A stretch of 56,893 nt of DNA, from positions 1-56,893 of the forward strand of contig JAAPAO010000182.1 in assembly GCA_013115145.1 (NCBI GenBank), written 5' to 3'. Source of the stretch: Perkinsus chesapeaki ATCC PRA-425. Its lineage: Eukaryota; Protista; Perkinsozoa. Each line of letters starts with the position of its first letter. Within the stretch, counting starts at the first letter, position 1. The notes under the pieces were generated by a model. That model was not told the DNA's origin, did no database searches, and was given only the letters and a program-made list of their open reading frames with translations. Shown here piece by piece: positions 23,381-37,101 of this stretch. Made by a program: the position numbers and the translations under genes.

Positions 23381-23652
23381 TGCTGCTCATTGAACAGTGC
23401 TCAATCCGTTTCTCTGTAGATAACGCTTTGTATATATTATTTTTGCACTTGTACCATTTTTCCTCTAACACCCTCCGCTGCCTGCGCCCTCGCCAAGGCC
23501 GGTGCTTACCCGTCTAAAACGACCCACCTTTGGGACGACAGTTAACCTTAGAAATGCTGTACTGTTGGAGTCCTTAGGAGCCTATAGGAGCTATTTCTTT
23601 ATTACCATGCATTGCGTTGCTGAATGTGACGCGTAAAGGTGTCACGGGGAAA

Positions 23653-23689
23653 TGCCAGGTGCCGGGATCGAACCGGGGACCTTTCGGAT
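23653..23689 (-). pseudogene. Isolated tRNA 3' half (variable loop, T-arm with B-box, acceptor 3' strand)
   Basis: ATCCGAAAGGTCCCCGGTTCGATCCCGGCACCTGGCA. No D-arm or 5' acceptor strand is seen upstream. Confidence 0.65.
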
Positions 23690-24056
23690 GCGAGCGCAAA
23701 AAATTTGTCGAATCTTTATTCCTTATTTCTTTTTGCTTGTCTTTCCATCACTCTTGTGTAGCGTTATTAGTCTCTCTCTTCAAGAGTCTCTCCATCTTTA
23801 GATGCTCAATGCATCGGTGGTGAAACTCACCATAGCATCCTCTAGCAAACTTGCATTGCGAAGACACCACAGATGTCTTAGAATTGCTGTTATTGACCAA
23901 CACCAGTAATTAATTACTAATAATGACGCATACAGTTCATCTTGACCTCACTTACCTTCTATTACCCTATCACTTGCTGGTCGTGGGATAGATTATAATA
24001 ATCATGTTGAGTTAACAGTTGGACACTTCCCTATCTACACAGCCATTAACTCCCCA

Positions 24057-27000
24057 ATGGCATCATCCTCAGCCGGGGCTTTAGCGGACATGATGGGCGG
24101 CGGTGCCTCTCGGAGCCAGGAGCGGCTTGTGGCACTGCTTTCGCAGGCTCATAGAGCGGACAACGTCGAGGTCCGAATCGAGCTCCTACAGCAGGCTGCG
24201 GAGCTGCTGCTGTAACGAATGCATCGAGAGGCTCCGTTTGATGGTCGTGAGGTAGATACCATAGCGCACCTAACGACCAGCGAATCGACGAGTTCTTGGA
24301 TACTTTTCTGGCCTTCCACTTGGACCGCTTGGCGCCTATCCGACGGTTCTGTGCCCATTTCGTGCACAACCTTTGTTATACTAGGTCACGGTAAGCTGGG
24401 CGCCGATGATTGGTGGGAAAACTGGCTCTAGAGTGACCTGGGGTTCGTAGTGCCCTTTCGGACTGTGAATGTGATATAGGCCAATTCGACTTTAGAATCT
24501 GATTTCATGGGACACCTTGTGGAGAGAACGATGGTGAGATTATGCAAGTCGAAGGTTAGGAAAGTTTCCATTTCGCCGGATGAGGTTTCAATACCATCTC
24601 CATCACGTACCTTTTTTGCATTACCGTATCGCTTTCGTTAGGTATTCGCTGAGGTGTCTTTCAACTCTCTGCACACTACTATCCGATACCGACACCGGCG
24701 TCGTTCGCTTGGCTTTGGAGGCAGCTCGAACCATCTACCCCCGAGCACTGTACTGGACGAGTGTTGTCCAGAAACAGGTGATTTTGTGAAGTTAATGAAG
24801 GCGAATGAAGATCGGGTTTAGGCGCAACAGCAACTTAGATTGATAATGATGTCTGGCGATGCCGATGGTCAGTCTGCGGCTATGCGGTACCAACAGCAGC
24901 AGAGCGCTGCTATGGCCAGAGAAAGTGCACAGTTGTTGAGGGCAGTGCTGGCTGGTATAGCACAGCACACTACTAGGGGTAGTACGGGGGGTTCACTGGA
25001 GCAATGGACTAGACTTCTCGGAGACCTGAGCTCGGGGATATGAGCATTGCGGAGCTCTGGTCAGTTTTCAAGGATGACAGTTTCTTTCATATAGTCGACT
25101 AAATGAAAGTCACTGTATCTCTGATATACTCGGTATTCCTGTGTATGAGCTTGCTCTAACTTCCCCATGCTCAGGCCGTCATGCTACATTCATAGCAGCC
25201 GTCGACGCCATCACAGTGGTGGCGCTGTGCCAGAGTTCGCTAGAAGGCAGCGGCACCGATACCAGCGGGAGAGCTCTCGGTATGAAGTCGCAAGCGTATC
25301 TTGAGGAATTCGGAGCGAGCTGCTTGGATGATCTCAAGTAGAATGGTGGGGTGCGTAACACACCGGGTCGACTAGTTGTTTAGGTTATCCTCGCCGTTGC
25401 AAGGAGATGCTGCGGACAGCTCCTTCCAGGGCGGACTGGACGAGGCACAGCTCCAGCGTGAATCGGAACAGATAGTACTTGCGTTATGTAAGATGATGCT
25501 GACTGTATCACATGGGGAGGAGTGGGATGAGGGGACTAATGAGGGCTCACAGGAGGACAAAAGGACAGAGGTAGTGGAGGCAGGGGCATCGAAGGGAGTA
25601 GGGGAATAAAGGGTCTTACCGGAAGGAGCACGTCTGACGTTTCTTCTTGCCCTGGGAATAAATTTTTCGGCTTAATTGTCATTATATCTCCGGATTAAGA
25701 ACACGGTGTGGTTACCGAGGAATACATAGTGGGTAGTGGGGTGGCCAGTGATTCCTGGTTTCGGTCGGCGGAAGGATAGCCCTTGTCCGTTTGTTGTGTG
25801 TTTTGCGAACGTGGGCGTTCGGGTTTTATGGACCCGTTTGTTCAGGCAGAGATGGTATCAGTGGTGAGGGCGCTGGGAGTGCTTGGTGCTGAGAGAGCGA
25901 CGGCTAACGCACAGGCAAGTTAGGCTGCAGGGATGAAGTAAACTGCGTATAAGATTGTGTTGCTCTGTCTCCTTGGACTGAATGCGACATACGCTCTGTG
26001 AGATTGAACTGGCTATTTCGTGTAGCTCTGCACTTGGGAGCCCTAGGCGACTGGAGACGGCCCTGAAGCCGTTGGATCCAATGGAGTTGGATCCTGTGTA
26101 GGTGGTACATGTTTTCCTTAGGGGATCATGCTGACCTTCGCGAGTGGGTTCGAAGATCTGATGGAAGTATCTAGCAAGACCGGCAAGCTCCGTTCGGCTC
26201 TTATACAGGTAGGATCGGATCTAGACTTGTCGAGGGTAGTGTTGCCTACTTGTTTAGGCAGTAAGGAGAATGCTAGCATCGCCGCAGTGTACGCAATGGC
26301 AGCCGAGGCTGGCAGCTATCTTACAGCAACTTCTACAGGCTGCAGGTAGTAGGGTAGTCGGAGAGGGTCTATGAAAATGAAAGCAATCGTTTGGGGTTGG
26401 GGAGCAGGGGTGGCTGAGGGGAGGGATTCGTTCGACAGCCCGTCGATTAGGCGTATCGTAATGAATGCGGGGATTACTATTGATACACATTACAGTGGAG
26501 AGTAGAGCTCAATAGCAGCTTCTCCATAGATGACATTGTGATCTTAGAGACTTCTTAATAGTAAAAATCGGACAGTACGAGGCACGAATGTGTGTGTCTG
26601 TTGTTCTTGTTCTATTCGCCCTATCAGGTCAGACAGAACAGGAGACTTTAGATCAGATGGTGTTCGAAGCAGAGCAGGCTAGACTGCGTGAGGTCTTCGC
26701 TGGTGAGGTAGTCCGAGGGGATTGTGGGGATCATATGGTTATCTTGCTTTTTCCCGATCTCCCTATATATTAATTTAATGTAAACACGTGTTAATGTATT
26801 GCAATCCGAGCAACTGCTGCCGTGAATGGAATGTAGCGGATGACAGTGGTGTAATTCTCGAAGTCTCGTGGCCATGCTTTCTGCCGGAGCCCATGACGTG
26901 GTTTAGGACCCCACTCGACCAGAGCCTCATGCTAAGCGGAGGAAGATCGAAGGGGATAAGAGAACAGGGGAAGTGAAAGCATTGCCTGGTAGAATGCAGA

Positions 27001-30000
27001 GAGGTTGATAGTGTAAGAGTAGCATTAAATTAGCTAGGTGTCGACATGGTTGATGAGGAGCACGTAGTAGCTGTGTGTGCCGTCCGAGCTACGGGATCGA
27101 ATGATTCTCTTACCAGGATGGTGCAGAAGTTGTTGGGGCGGTTGCCGAGGAAGCTTATCAATGTAGGGCTCTTGGGACGGTCGAAAAAGGACGGATGTGT
27201 GAAGCAGCGCGTTTAACGTATCTTTAACAACTTGGACACGTCACTAAAAGCGCAATGCGCTGGATATCCGCGATGATTCGTGTGGCGCGTGCTCTTGTTG
27301 AAACTCCCTCGTCAAGGGGGATTGCTGCAGGGCATTTTGAAGCGGTGTTGGCTCTGCGGTTGAGTCGCTAGTTTCATATGTATAGACTGCTTACTACTGC
27401 GTAGTTAGATTATGAACCCCCTCGAGAACGTGAACGTGTTCTTCTGTCTTCAGCCGGAAGCCACAGTTCAAAGAGTTATAAGGGTGACAGATGCGGATGG
27501 CTTCAGCAATACGGCCACGGTTCAGCGGAAGCTCGATCGGGCGAAGGCTCTGTTCAGCTGTTCAGCGCAAGACTTCTTGGACGAGCCTTCTGAGGAAGGT
27601 AGGAAGGTTGGGGGTGTTACCGTTATGAGGTGCTCGTTGTAGATGAGGAGATCTATGAGGAGCCGCCGGAGGTGGTGACACCGGTGCCGAAGGAAGCGAC
27701 TGTGGCCGCTATGGATGCTGCAACTGCTAAGGAGGCAAGGAACGATCTGGCTAAGGTGGGTATCTTTGGATTCTGCCGAGTGCGATAGTCCGTGGGTTTC
27801 GTGGGACTGTGCTCATCCTAGAGTGATGAGGTTTTTTGAGCTTGATGGGATGCTGAGGCAGAGACATTTGATACTGTTTCATAGTGGATCAATTTCTATC
27901 AGTGGGAATCCTAGGATAGTCTGTCTGTTAGCGTAAAGCATGTAGGGATAGGGGCGAACAGGGGCTTATCAAATAGCCCGCAGCGGTGGGAATGAAAATA
28001 GTGGTGAGGTCAGGTGATATTCTCCAGCGTTCTGAAGGCCATGAGTCGATACGAGAGCTCGGCGTTGAGCGCGCCTTGCTTCGATAAAACCGCCACACAA
28101 TGGTTCAAGGACACTTATTTGTGTCTAGTAACACATCTCTGTACGACAAGGGGGAAGGAGGTGGAGTTCACGAAGGCAGCCATGGAGTATCTTTCGGGTA
28201 AGTTGTTGTTATCTGCGACCTCTGCAGTGGAATTTGGGACGAATTCGGGTTTGGGTTTTGGGTTTCCCAGTTGATTAAGCGTTGTTTAGATCGGACTAAG
28301 CCGACCGCTGCGACAACACAGCAGGTTCATTTGGTAAGTTGCATTTTTGTGAGGTGCTGAGCAGAATTGGTGGTCAGGTCGAATGTGGTATAGTGGATTT
28401 GATGGCAAGTCGTCATGCCTTGGATGCCGCCTATAGAGGTGAGTGTGGTTGATGCTTAGTTAATACAGGCGCGGCATTAAGCTGAGGCTGCATGGACTTA
28501 ATTATTCCTCTCGTGCATGCAGGCTAAACTAAGTGATGTATTGTAGATCACATTAGAATGTATTTCCTATACGAAGGTGAATAGAAGTAGTCGTTGTGAG
28601 TAACTGCCGATGGAGGGCTGCTCGCTCTGGCGGTAGCCAGTCGATCGCGTTACGGCTTTCTTGCGCTGGAGTTGGCGAACTGCTGGAGAAGCTGATAGAG
28701 CGAGTAAAGTCGGCGCTTGAGTGTGCGGCTTTGAATATGACAGGCGGCATTTAACGCTCGCCAACCACCAGCTGCATTCACCTGCTGCTTAGCCTCCTCT
28801 TTAGACCGGAATACCGCTTTGTCGTACGAGGGTGCCGCGGAGATACTTCTAGCCGATATCAACAAGCGGGACTATCTCACAGTGTAGCATCATCAACGCC
28901 CAGAGGTCTCCTCCCAGAGCCCTTGTCAGTCATGACGTTCGAGCCCTCCTGTTGGCTCTACCTGCTGTCCCAAGATGCTTCGTGGATTTCCTCTGGCACT
29001 CAGCCTCGTCATCTTCGGAACCAGTGAAGCAGAGACGGCAAGTGAGATGATCGTTTGTATGCCGCTGATTGCAGTTGCACTGGTAGGCACTATTAGCCTT
29101 GCGAGCTGTGATGGTGGAAAGAGTGGGCGCTGAGCGCTCGGCCCCAGGAGTGCCGACGACACGGCAAAGGTTAGTGACCCATAGACCTTCGCGTTGGAGC
29201 TTTCTTTCAGTGCCTTCTTGGGGCTGGCCCGCACCAGCACGCTGGGTTCAACAGAGGAGATCAGAGCAGATGCCACGAAGCTGATCTTGGCGCCTGATAA
29301 GTTCTATAGCCCTGCAACCCTCCCTGCTGTCGACGCTGCTACTTGCGAGGGGACCTGGCGATGGCCTTAGTGAGCTCGATGGCCGTTTTGATGCTCAGAA
29401 TCATCGGTTCTTTTTAGCCACGGAGATGGAGCAGATGAGCAAATGGTGGACCCATCGCGAGCGGAGGACTGGGTGGACGCCGAGTGGCTGATGAACAAGT
29501 GAGACGGGCGCAGCTTCCGAGAGACCCTATGCTGCTGTGGATTCAGTGGCTTGGAGGAATACGCCTTCGGCTGTTTACTGGACGCCACCGCCCCGGAGCT
29601 CTGCGAATTCGCACCGTTCATCACCCATGCGCTGAAGGAAGACTTGAAGGGAGAAGATGAGGCCGCAGCTACGGCGAGAGCTACACTGTAGGCTTCAGCC
29701 GCGCTTTTTTCAGAAAACGGCTGATGATGAAGCGAGTGGATGGCTCACATAGAGATCAGGAAAAACTGATTGTGTTAAAATTTGCCAATTCGTTTTTCGA
29801 AATGGGGGTTCTCAGTATTCTCGCCGAGTACCAGAGCGGTTCGTATGTCGATCGCAGGTCGCCTGGATTCTATCGGCTGCAAAAGCTGCACACCGTTTTG
29901 CGCTGGGATAGCCCTTGGGGGTCAGCCCTTGAATCTTCGTCCTTCTAGGTTCATGCAAATGCTGCCAAAGAGGCCGTCTCTACTTCACTCGGTGGTGGGC

Positions 30001-31613
30001 TGTGAGCACCTTAATTCGGTAGGAGATGCAGCACTCTTGACGACTCAGCCGATTCTCAGAGCTTGGATGAATGTTTGAAATCCCAAGTCCCGAAGGCCCT
30101 CGTGGAGTCCATGAAGGCAGAGCAGGCAAAGGGGGACTCGACTGCGACAGAGAAGACCGAGCCGCTGGTCGATTCTGCTCTGATAGAAGCGATCAAAGAA
30201 CTTGTGAAACGGAACTGTGAACGTACGCTAGCGCGTGCTAACGAATCAGAGACTCAGTGACTTCTTTGATAGACCCTTCTTAAGTTTGTATTGTTATTCC
30301 CACGAAGCATTAATCTTTGTTGCGATTCACGTTATTTCCTGTCGTGCAGGAGAAGCCCTACTTTTCCTCGTTTTCAGCCCCTCGCGCCGCTGACATGATT
30401 GCTGGTATATTTTACGAGATGATGAAAGCGCCGGAACTTTACGTGCGAAAACGCTTCTGTCGCGATGATTACGTAGAAGCAGTAACGGCAAATGAAGGGG
30501 AACCACCGACAGTAGATAGCCGGCTTCTCCTCGCGGTAAGGGAGGGTTGGTGGCGTTGAGGAAATGCAAGATTGGCAAGATTCGGTGCTTTCCCATCGCT
30601 GGTATGCAGGTCTTGCCCGGCTGCCCACATGACACTGTTCTCAATAGTTATCTCCCTGCAGTGGTGAACGATGAGAAAATGTAGGCGGAGCGCAGTGTTT
30701 CATATTGGCAATTTTGTCTTGTAAGGTATACTAAGGGCAACCTCCCCTACACCACAGTGGGCATTGGTCGCCTTCTTGAGAAGAGCAGCGGAGCTCGCGT
30801 GACCGCCATTGAGGTGAGCTTCTCGGTCGGCTCGTGACTCACTGCGATCCCTCTGTATCCATTTTCACAGAAGACCCCGTTATGGGAGTTTTCAGGTTAT
30901 TGGCGCCCTTCTGGAAATGAGGGAAGTTCCAACAGCGCGTCTGATGAAAATGATGAACCTCGTCTTCGATTTGCGTGGCAAGAGGTAGCATTCCTAACGT
31001 GGCGGTATGAATGTTAGCAAGATGCACATTGAGTCTCGACTAGTCATGGAGAGCTTCGGCCATCCCTTATCTTGTTTTTCTTCAGTTACGAAGTTCAGCA
31101 CTTGGGTTTGGTGCTGCAGTCCATTGCCGAACGGCTAGAACAGGATGAGGAGCCTCCACCGCTGTTCATGCGTGTCACATTGCAGCTCGCTCAGAACGAG
31201 GCAGTGATGGCCAAGTTCATCACCTCGGAAGTGGTATCGAAGTTGCTGCGGAATTCTTCGGTTTGGGAAGTCAACAGCAACTGGAAGGGGTGACCGTCTC
31301 CTTAGCTCTGGCGCGCCGTCGCATTTCTTTGGCAGGTTCCGCATGACCGTTTTGAGCTTACTGAAGGCGTTTGGTGATGACGAGCAATGTCGCTTTCTGT
31401 TGTGTAGAGAGCTGTGCAGCTCAGTGAGCGAGGGCTATCTTCCAGGCGAAAAGTTACGAGTAGGTGGCGGCGACTTGGCGCCTTGTAGATGTTCTTCGAC
31501 AGGAGTTGTCCGAGTTCAAGGGCGAAGTGAAGACGGCCCTCCGCGAGTTCCTCCAGCATCCTGATAACAGTGAGGCTTACACAGAAGCCAAGGAGGAACT
31601 GAGATTGATATAA
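24057..31613 (+). CDS. SYMPK: Symplekin/Pta1-like 3'-end processing scaffold, many exons
   Basis: N-terminal LSTLCTLLSDTDTGVVRLALEAARTIYPRALYW and C-terminal PPLFMRVTLQLA...FITSEVVSKLLRNSSVWEVNSNWKG match symplekin N- and C-domain patterns. Central exons are only partly resolved and could be split into two genes. Confidence 0.7.
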
Positions 31614-31692
31614 ACGTTGGAAAAGTTTCCTATTAATTATCTGTTGAGGACGAGTGATGTCACGCTCCACCGCCGACAGTTTCGAAGGATGG

Positions 31693-33765
31693 ATGACGGG
31701 CGGGTCCGAGAGTTCGGGAGAGAGGTCGCTCTTCCGGTGCAAAATGTCGCCTAACGCGGCGCGGATACTGCTTAAGAGTGTGATACTGGCATCTAGAGTC
31801 GACCACGATCTGATACTGTAAGATAGAGCAGGCTTCTGTGGTCCGGCGCTTCCGACTCCACCATCTCCAGCAACCGGCCTCCGCGACGTGCTGGAGCATT
31901 CCCTTCTCTGATGCTGGGTTCAGGTATGTACCGCCCTCATCACCGGTTGAGGACCCCTCCGCTGTTATACTGTCCTTGCAAGCTGCCAATGACACTCAAA
32001 CGGCTTGTCTGGTCGTCGAATTTAAGAGGAACTTCGCAAGTCAGATAACGCGGCGAAGAGGTGCACCGGCTGTCACGGTGCTCCACTTGGATGCGTCACT
32101 TCTTAATAGGTTTTGGAGTTGTCCGAGGGCATGATGAGCTCCTAGGGACGCTGCCTTGCCGTATGCTAGCCCACACCTTCCAATGTGTTGCCGCAGTACA
32201 CCTGGTTGAGGTCGAGCTCACCCTGGACGAGCTGAAATGCACCCTTCTATTCCGCAGCGAGCACGGTATTCTCGTGGAGCACCGGCTACGGCTAAACGAG
32301 GGGTCCCGGGTTAGAAGCGCCATCTTTTTGGCCCTTCTCTCATTGTGACCTTTGTTTAGGTATCTTACGTAGCATCAGAGCAGGTCATCTGCAGCTCTGA
32401 CAGCGTCTCCTCGCTGTCGTGCTCCTCTGAGCGGTAGGTGCCTTCCTTAGGTCTTTTGCGCATTACATCTCACCCCCATCACTTTCCCTATTTCATTTCC
32501 CTTGTTCCCCCCTTCCGGCTCTTCCTTATATTCCGCTTCATATCGTTTCTTGCATGTTTGTTCTGCTTCAGATTGAATGTGGTGTTGATGCCCTTTGCTC
32601 AAGGAGGTCACCCTTCATCGGTGGCTGCCTCCACCTACGTCTCGGTATCACGCCCATGCAACGCCCAGGAGATTACTGTAAAGCTCACCCTCTTATCGGT
32701 ACCATCTATTTCTGGTGTATCAGTTCTCCTCGGAGCGCGGTAATGCTCAAGCAACAGCGGCGGCGGACGTTGATGGCCATCATCTGCACATCGGCTTGAA
32801 GGAATCGGTTCTGCCATTGGGGCAGTTGTCAGCATCAAACTTGGCCCCCGATGACATCGCCTTCTCGATATCCCTGCCGGAGCTGCTTGCCCTTGTGGGA
32901 GCCTTCCTATCCGAGGGAAGCCTCAAGGGCAAGACTGGCCCCCTGCAGATCTTTTTCGCCCCGGAGGCGGCCGTCTCGGTTAAGTGTCACGGCCCCAGTA
33001 GGTGGCGGCTCGTTCCCTTGTGGCACATCCCTTATCTCAGGTGGAATTGACTATGGTGCGTTTGATGTTACGTTGCTGTTGAGTACGGAGAACGGTGACC
33101 AGCTCGATCTTGAGCCTCGGGAGCAGCCCCTTGGACGTCGCCACCCTGCCCCACGTTTCCCTCAAGCAAGAGTGCGGAGCCCTGCGACGTCCGGCCCGAG
33201 CACGACAACGAGAATCGCCAGCAGCAGCCCACGTTCACCCCCAGCCTCTACAAGACAAGACGAGTCGGTTGCGGGTTCCTCCCAGATGAGTTTCGGAGCT
33301 CCCGTCTCACCGGCACAGGTAGCGACGAGCTTGCGTCATGTCTATGGAGCCTGGTGATTGTTAGGGCATAAAACGACACAACTCCAACCCTCCACCACAT
33401 GAAGAAAACATGCCGGACGAGGTCGAAGTTGTCAAGGAAGAAGACCACGCCACCCTGAGCCAAGGAAATAAGGGCGACGATGGCGCTGAGAATCTTGAGG
33501 ATTTGAGGTAAGCAATTCATGGCGCGTGACGCATAATCTGCTTCGCTGCTCAGGCATCTTCTTTACGGTGTGGATGATACCGCGGCGAACGATATGCATG
33601 GAGAACAGGAAAGCTGGGCAGATCTTCTGCGTGCTATATCTCAAGATGATGACGGTCAGCCAAACCGCAGGCGATGCTGTTGACTTTGCCGACGCTTTAG
33701 GTGCGGCGGAGGACCCCCGGCAAGCCCGTGATCATGCTGTATTCAACTTTGATCAGATGTGGTAA
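31693..33765 (+). CDS. RAD9: RAD9-like 9-1-1 checkpoint clamp subunit
   Basis: NAARILLKSVILASRVDHDLIL, CRMLAHTF...VEVELTLDELKCTLLFRSEHGILVEHRL and IAFSISLPELLAL...LQIFF...FDVTLLLST follow the RAD9 motif order; acidic C-terminal tail ends VFNFDQMW*. Confidence 0.7.
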
Positions 33766-34984
33766 TTCGTTTCTAAGCAGCATTCATTTACTGTGTTTCT
33801 GGCCTTACCTTCCACTGTGTTTCTGACTTAACCCTTTGTTTATCTCTCTATCTGTCCCTATTTGCACCAAATCGGTTGTGTGGGAGCCTCAAATTGAACC
33901 GCGCAGTGTCTACCTACGATATCGTCTTCTGAGGCCGTGGCTGGCACTGTTCGACCAGATCCTCGTGGGGTTCTGTGCGGGATATTTGCGTGCAACGTTT
34001 GCGTGATCACAAGCGACGATCAGACCCATACCACTCAGAGGGGGTATGTCTCTTGACGTTTCGTTCGTTCCTGGATGGCGCAGTTTTGTTGCGCGCGCGT
34101 TGTGCTGGAGGGCTCCACCACTTGATGTCGCATTTTTTATGGTGGCAGTTCACGATCAATGGTCAGCGCTTTTGCACAATTTCCGGCCATCTCTATGGTA
34201 ACCACTCGATTTACTGTTGCTACAAGCATCGAAACTCTAGTTCATCATGCCCGACTATGGAGATGTCACCCTTCGATTACACCCTTATCTGAAACGGCGC
34301 CACGAGGAAAGCAGTTGAATCTGGCAGAAAAAAGCAAAGAGACGATCCCACAGATATAGCTGGGTCCCTCGGGCAGTGAGCAGTGCACTGGTCTGATGAA
34401 ATGTTGGACGCCAATATCATCCTCTGCGGCCGAAAACCCCGGACCTCGCCTCCGAGACACGGCCCGCGGTGACGTCTCACTCGCACGCGTGCGCAGACGT
34501 GACGCAAGGAAGCCTGCGAAAACAACGAAGTTACTGGCAAGCTTTGTAATTTTTATCCCTGATGGATTCGCTATACTTGAATGAGTCGCCCTTCATCGCT
34601 TCACTAGCAAGGGATGCGTGCATGAACAATGGAATGTTCCGAGATACATTTGTAAGTACCAAGGATCCACTTCGACGCCCCCCTCCCGTCATTTCGCTCT
34701 CCCCGACTCCTCACTCCTGTGCTAGGATGACAGCTTAGTGGTCCCTTCTTTAAACCCCACTTTCAGGTAAGTACCCCCACAAGATTCTGTGATATCCCTC
34801 GAAGCACAAGTGTCGCTGGCGACATCGCCTCTACCCCCTTTCTGTTCAATCCGCAAATACGTAAAGCCATAGCCGGCAATCTATCGCTGCCCTTGGGTGT
34901 TGTAGGAAGGGGACGTGTTAGACAGATTGTAGGTCAAGTAAGTGGTAAAGTGGTACCTTCTCCTTGCAAATGTTAATGTTTAGG

Positions 34985-35487
34985 CACTTCGGGAAAAGCC
35001 ACATCTGCGACCTCTGGTGAAGTCTATTGGTAAACTCAAGAGCGCCTCGATCCCAGTATTAATAGAGATGTGTCTGGTCACTGGCACATTGCAACAAGCC
35101 ACTCGTATTTCAATCGACTTCGTCCAGCAAAGGGGACTCAAGCAACAAGCCTCTAAGCGCAACAAGAGAGCAGGGGCCAAACCGGTCCGGAAAGTGAATC
35201 TCCCCTCGCTGATGGACTCTGGTGTGCCATATATGGATGTTGGTGTTGAAGCTCGTTCCGGGCCTGAGCCCTCTATTCCGGTATCTTTATTCAATCCAGC
35301 GGGTTGCCCCTCGCCAGATTCGGGTATGAAACTGGAGCCTCCGGTCCTCCCTTTACCCTGGCCCGATGTGTACGGTGTCCCGTCGTCTAATGCTGGCACT
35401 GAAGGGAGTAGCTCTGATAACAGTCTTGCCGAATTTATGGCCAGTGTTGCCCCTGAGTCTGTCATGCCAGCTCCCTACAAGGTATAG
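34985..35487 (+). CDS. Terminal exon of a hypothetical protein (upstream exons probably about 34620-34770)
   Basis: Acceptor tttag followed by an open frame ALREKPHLRPLVKSIGKLKSASIPVLIEMCL...PAPYKV*; GTAAGT donors lie upstream. Confidence 0.35.
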
Positions 35488-36223
35488 AGTAAAACGCTGT
35501 TATCAATTGTTCGAAGCCTTGTTGTTGTTGCTTATTACCGGTTCTTTTTCTTATGAAAGTCTTTACTTCGGGGATTTACGGTCTTCATCGTAGGTAAGTC
35601 GCTAAGCAGCCTCATTATTGCATTCTTCGTAATTATTCTTCTTATCGGCTTATTGTCATTATTTTTACACTTTCATTATATCTTACGAGTGATTACACAC
35701 TCGTTTGGCGGTTTTCGCCTCGGTGATGCCCGTCGAAACCGTCGTTATACCCGGATAGCGAAAGCTGCAAAAGGAGGACCTTCTCTTATCCAGTTGCTCG
35801 GTGCGGCACTTGACACGGTGCCTGTAATACGCAGTTCCCGCACCGGTATCTCCGCACTAGTACATCTCTACCGCTGACATATTATTTCTTAAGTTTCCAG
35901 TCTCGATTACTGATTTGTGTTGACCAATACGACCGATGAGAAACCCATCGAACACAGCTCATACGCATCGGTCCGGCCTTCCGCTTCGAGAAGGCCTTAC
36001 TATAGTTGAAGCTCTTACCACCATTCTATCGACTACAGGGCCCCGACAGACTCTCTGGCCACTGTTGCCTCTGGCAACTCAGAGCCGGGGCTTTGCCAAT
36101 ACCACGGTACCGCGCCTTCCGATTGAGTGATGATGATGCCTTTATGCTTGAATTAGATAGTGAACAAGACAGGCACTAAGTTCTTTGGTAAAGGAGAGCT
36201 GTTTGGTGGTCGACAGGACTGGA

Positions 36224-36915
36224 TCACCAACAGGCGCATGACAGATCTCCCCAAACAAAACTACAAAGCGTGGCCCCGAGATATGCAGTGAGCTCTGCCC
36301 TTCGCAGTTTAGTGTTCTCAACCTGTCTTTCAGTTTCACACGGTGGCCAGGAGTGGTCGGCGAGCGGCTCGGCGCTGAGTATTGGTTCCGGGAGACGCCA
36401 AACTGTCCGATGTCTGTCTATCATCACCAGGTTAGGCTGCCGGAGCGGGCATGCGGAGGTTCACGGCACCTTGTCAGACCGAGAAAAACAACTGTGTCTT
36501 CGTGGGCTCGGCAGACAAGCGCATGACCGAAGCGAGGACCATTGAAAACACCGCTAAGGCATACACGACCGGGTTCGCCGTTCAACTCCTGTTTGAAGGT
36601 CGAGGTGTCAAGGTGCTCGAGCCGTTTTAGCCACCGGCCGAGGCTACCACGTTTCTCGTCAGGCTGTGCTGCAACCAAGCTGGCCGCATCTCTCCGCCCG
36701 TCTAACCGTCGGCTCACCACTGAGAGACCTGTCATGTACCAACTCATTGGGATTCAGGCTCGATTTGTCCTCGCAGATATAGCCGGGCGAGACCCAGACG
36801 TTGTGGGGCATCTCAATAAAGATGGCACTATCCTCACACTGCATGGTCCAACAAAGAAAAGGTGAGACTCGGGATCGAACCTGCGTGTCCATATCTTTCC
36901 CTCAGAGTTGGCCAT
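36224..36915 (-). CDS. Spliced hypothetical protein, possibly PX-domain-like
   Basis: Co-oriented ORF pieces; WRLPEP...KLRRAELTAYL resembles the LP...E.RR..L..YL end of PX domains. Exon joins and 3' end unresolved. Confidence 0.3.
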
Positions 36916-37101
36916 GTTGCCATGTGTATTTGGGGGGCAACCAAGGCGGCGGTCTACACTGGGAAGGGTTCCCATTTAGCGTTTAACACGCCTCTACGGA
37001 AGACTATGAAAAAGCGATAAGATTGTCATGCAACGTGCAGTTTCTGTGGCCCGCGACTTTCCGAGTTGATTTCTCCACTGAAGTACTTGCCAGCTTCAGC
37101 A

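Noticed and set aside
33975-34584. Several short overlapping ORFs
   Set aside because: No coherent exon chain or motif could be supported.
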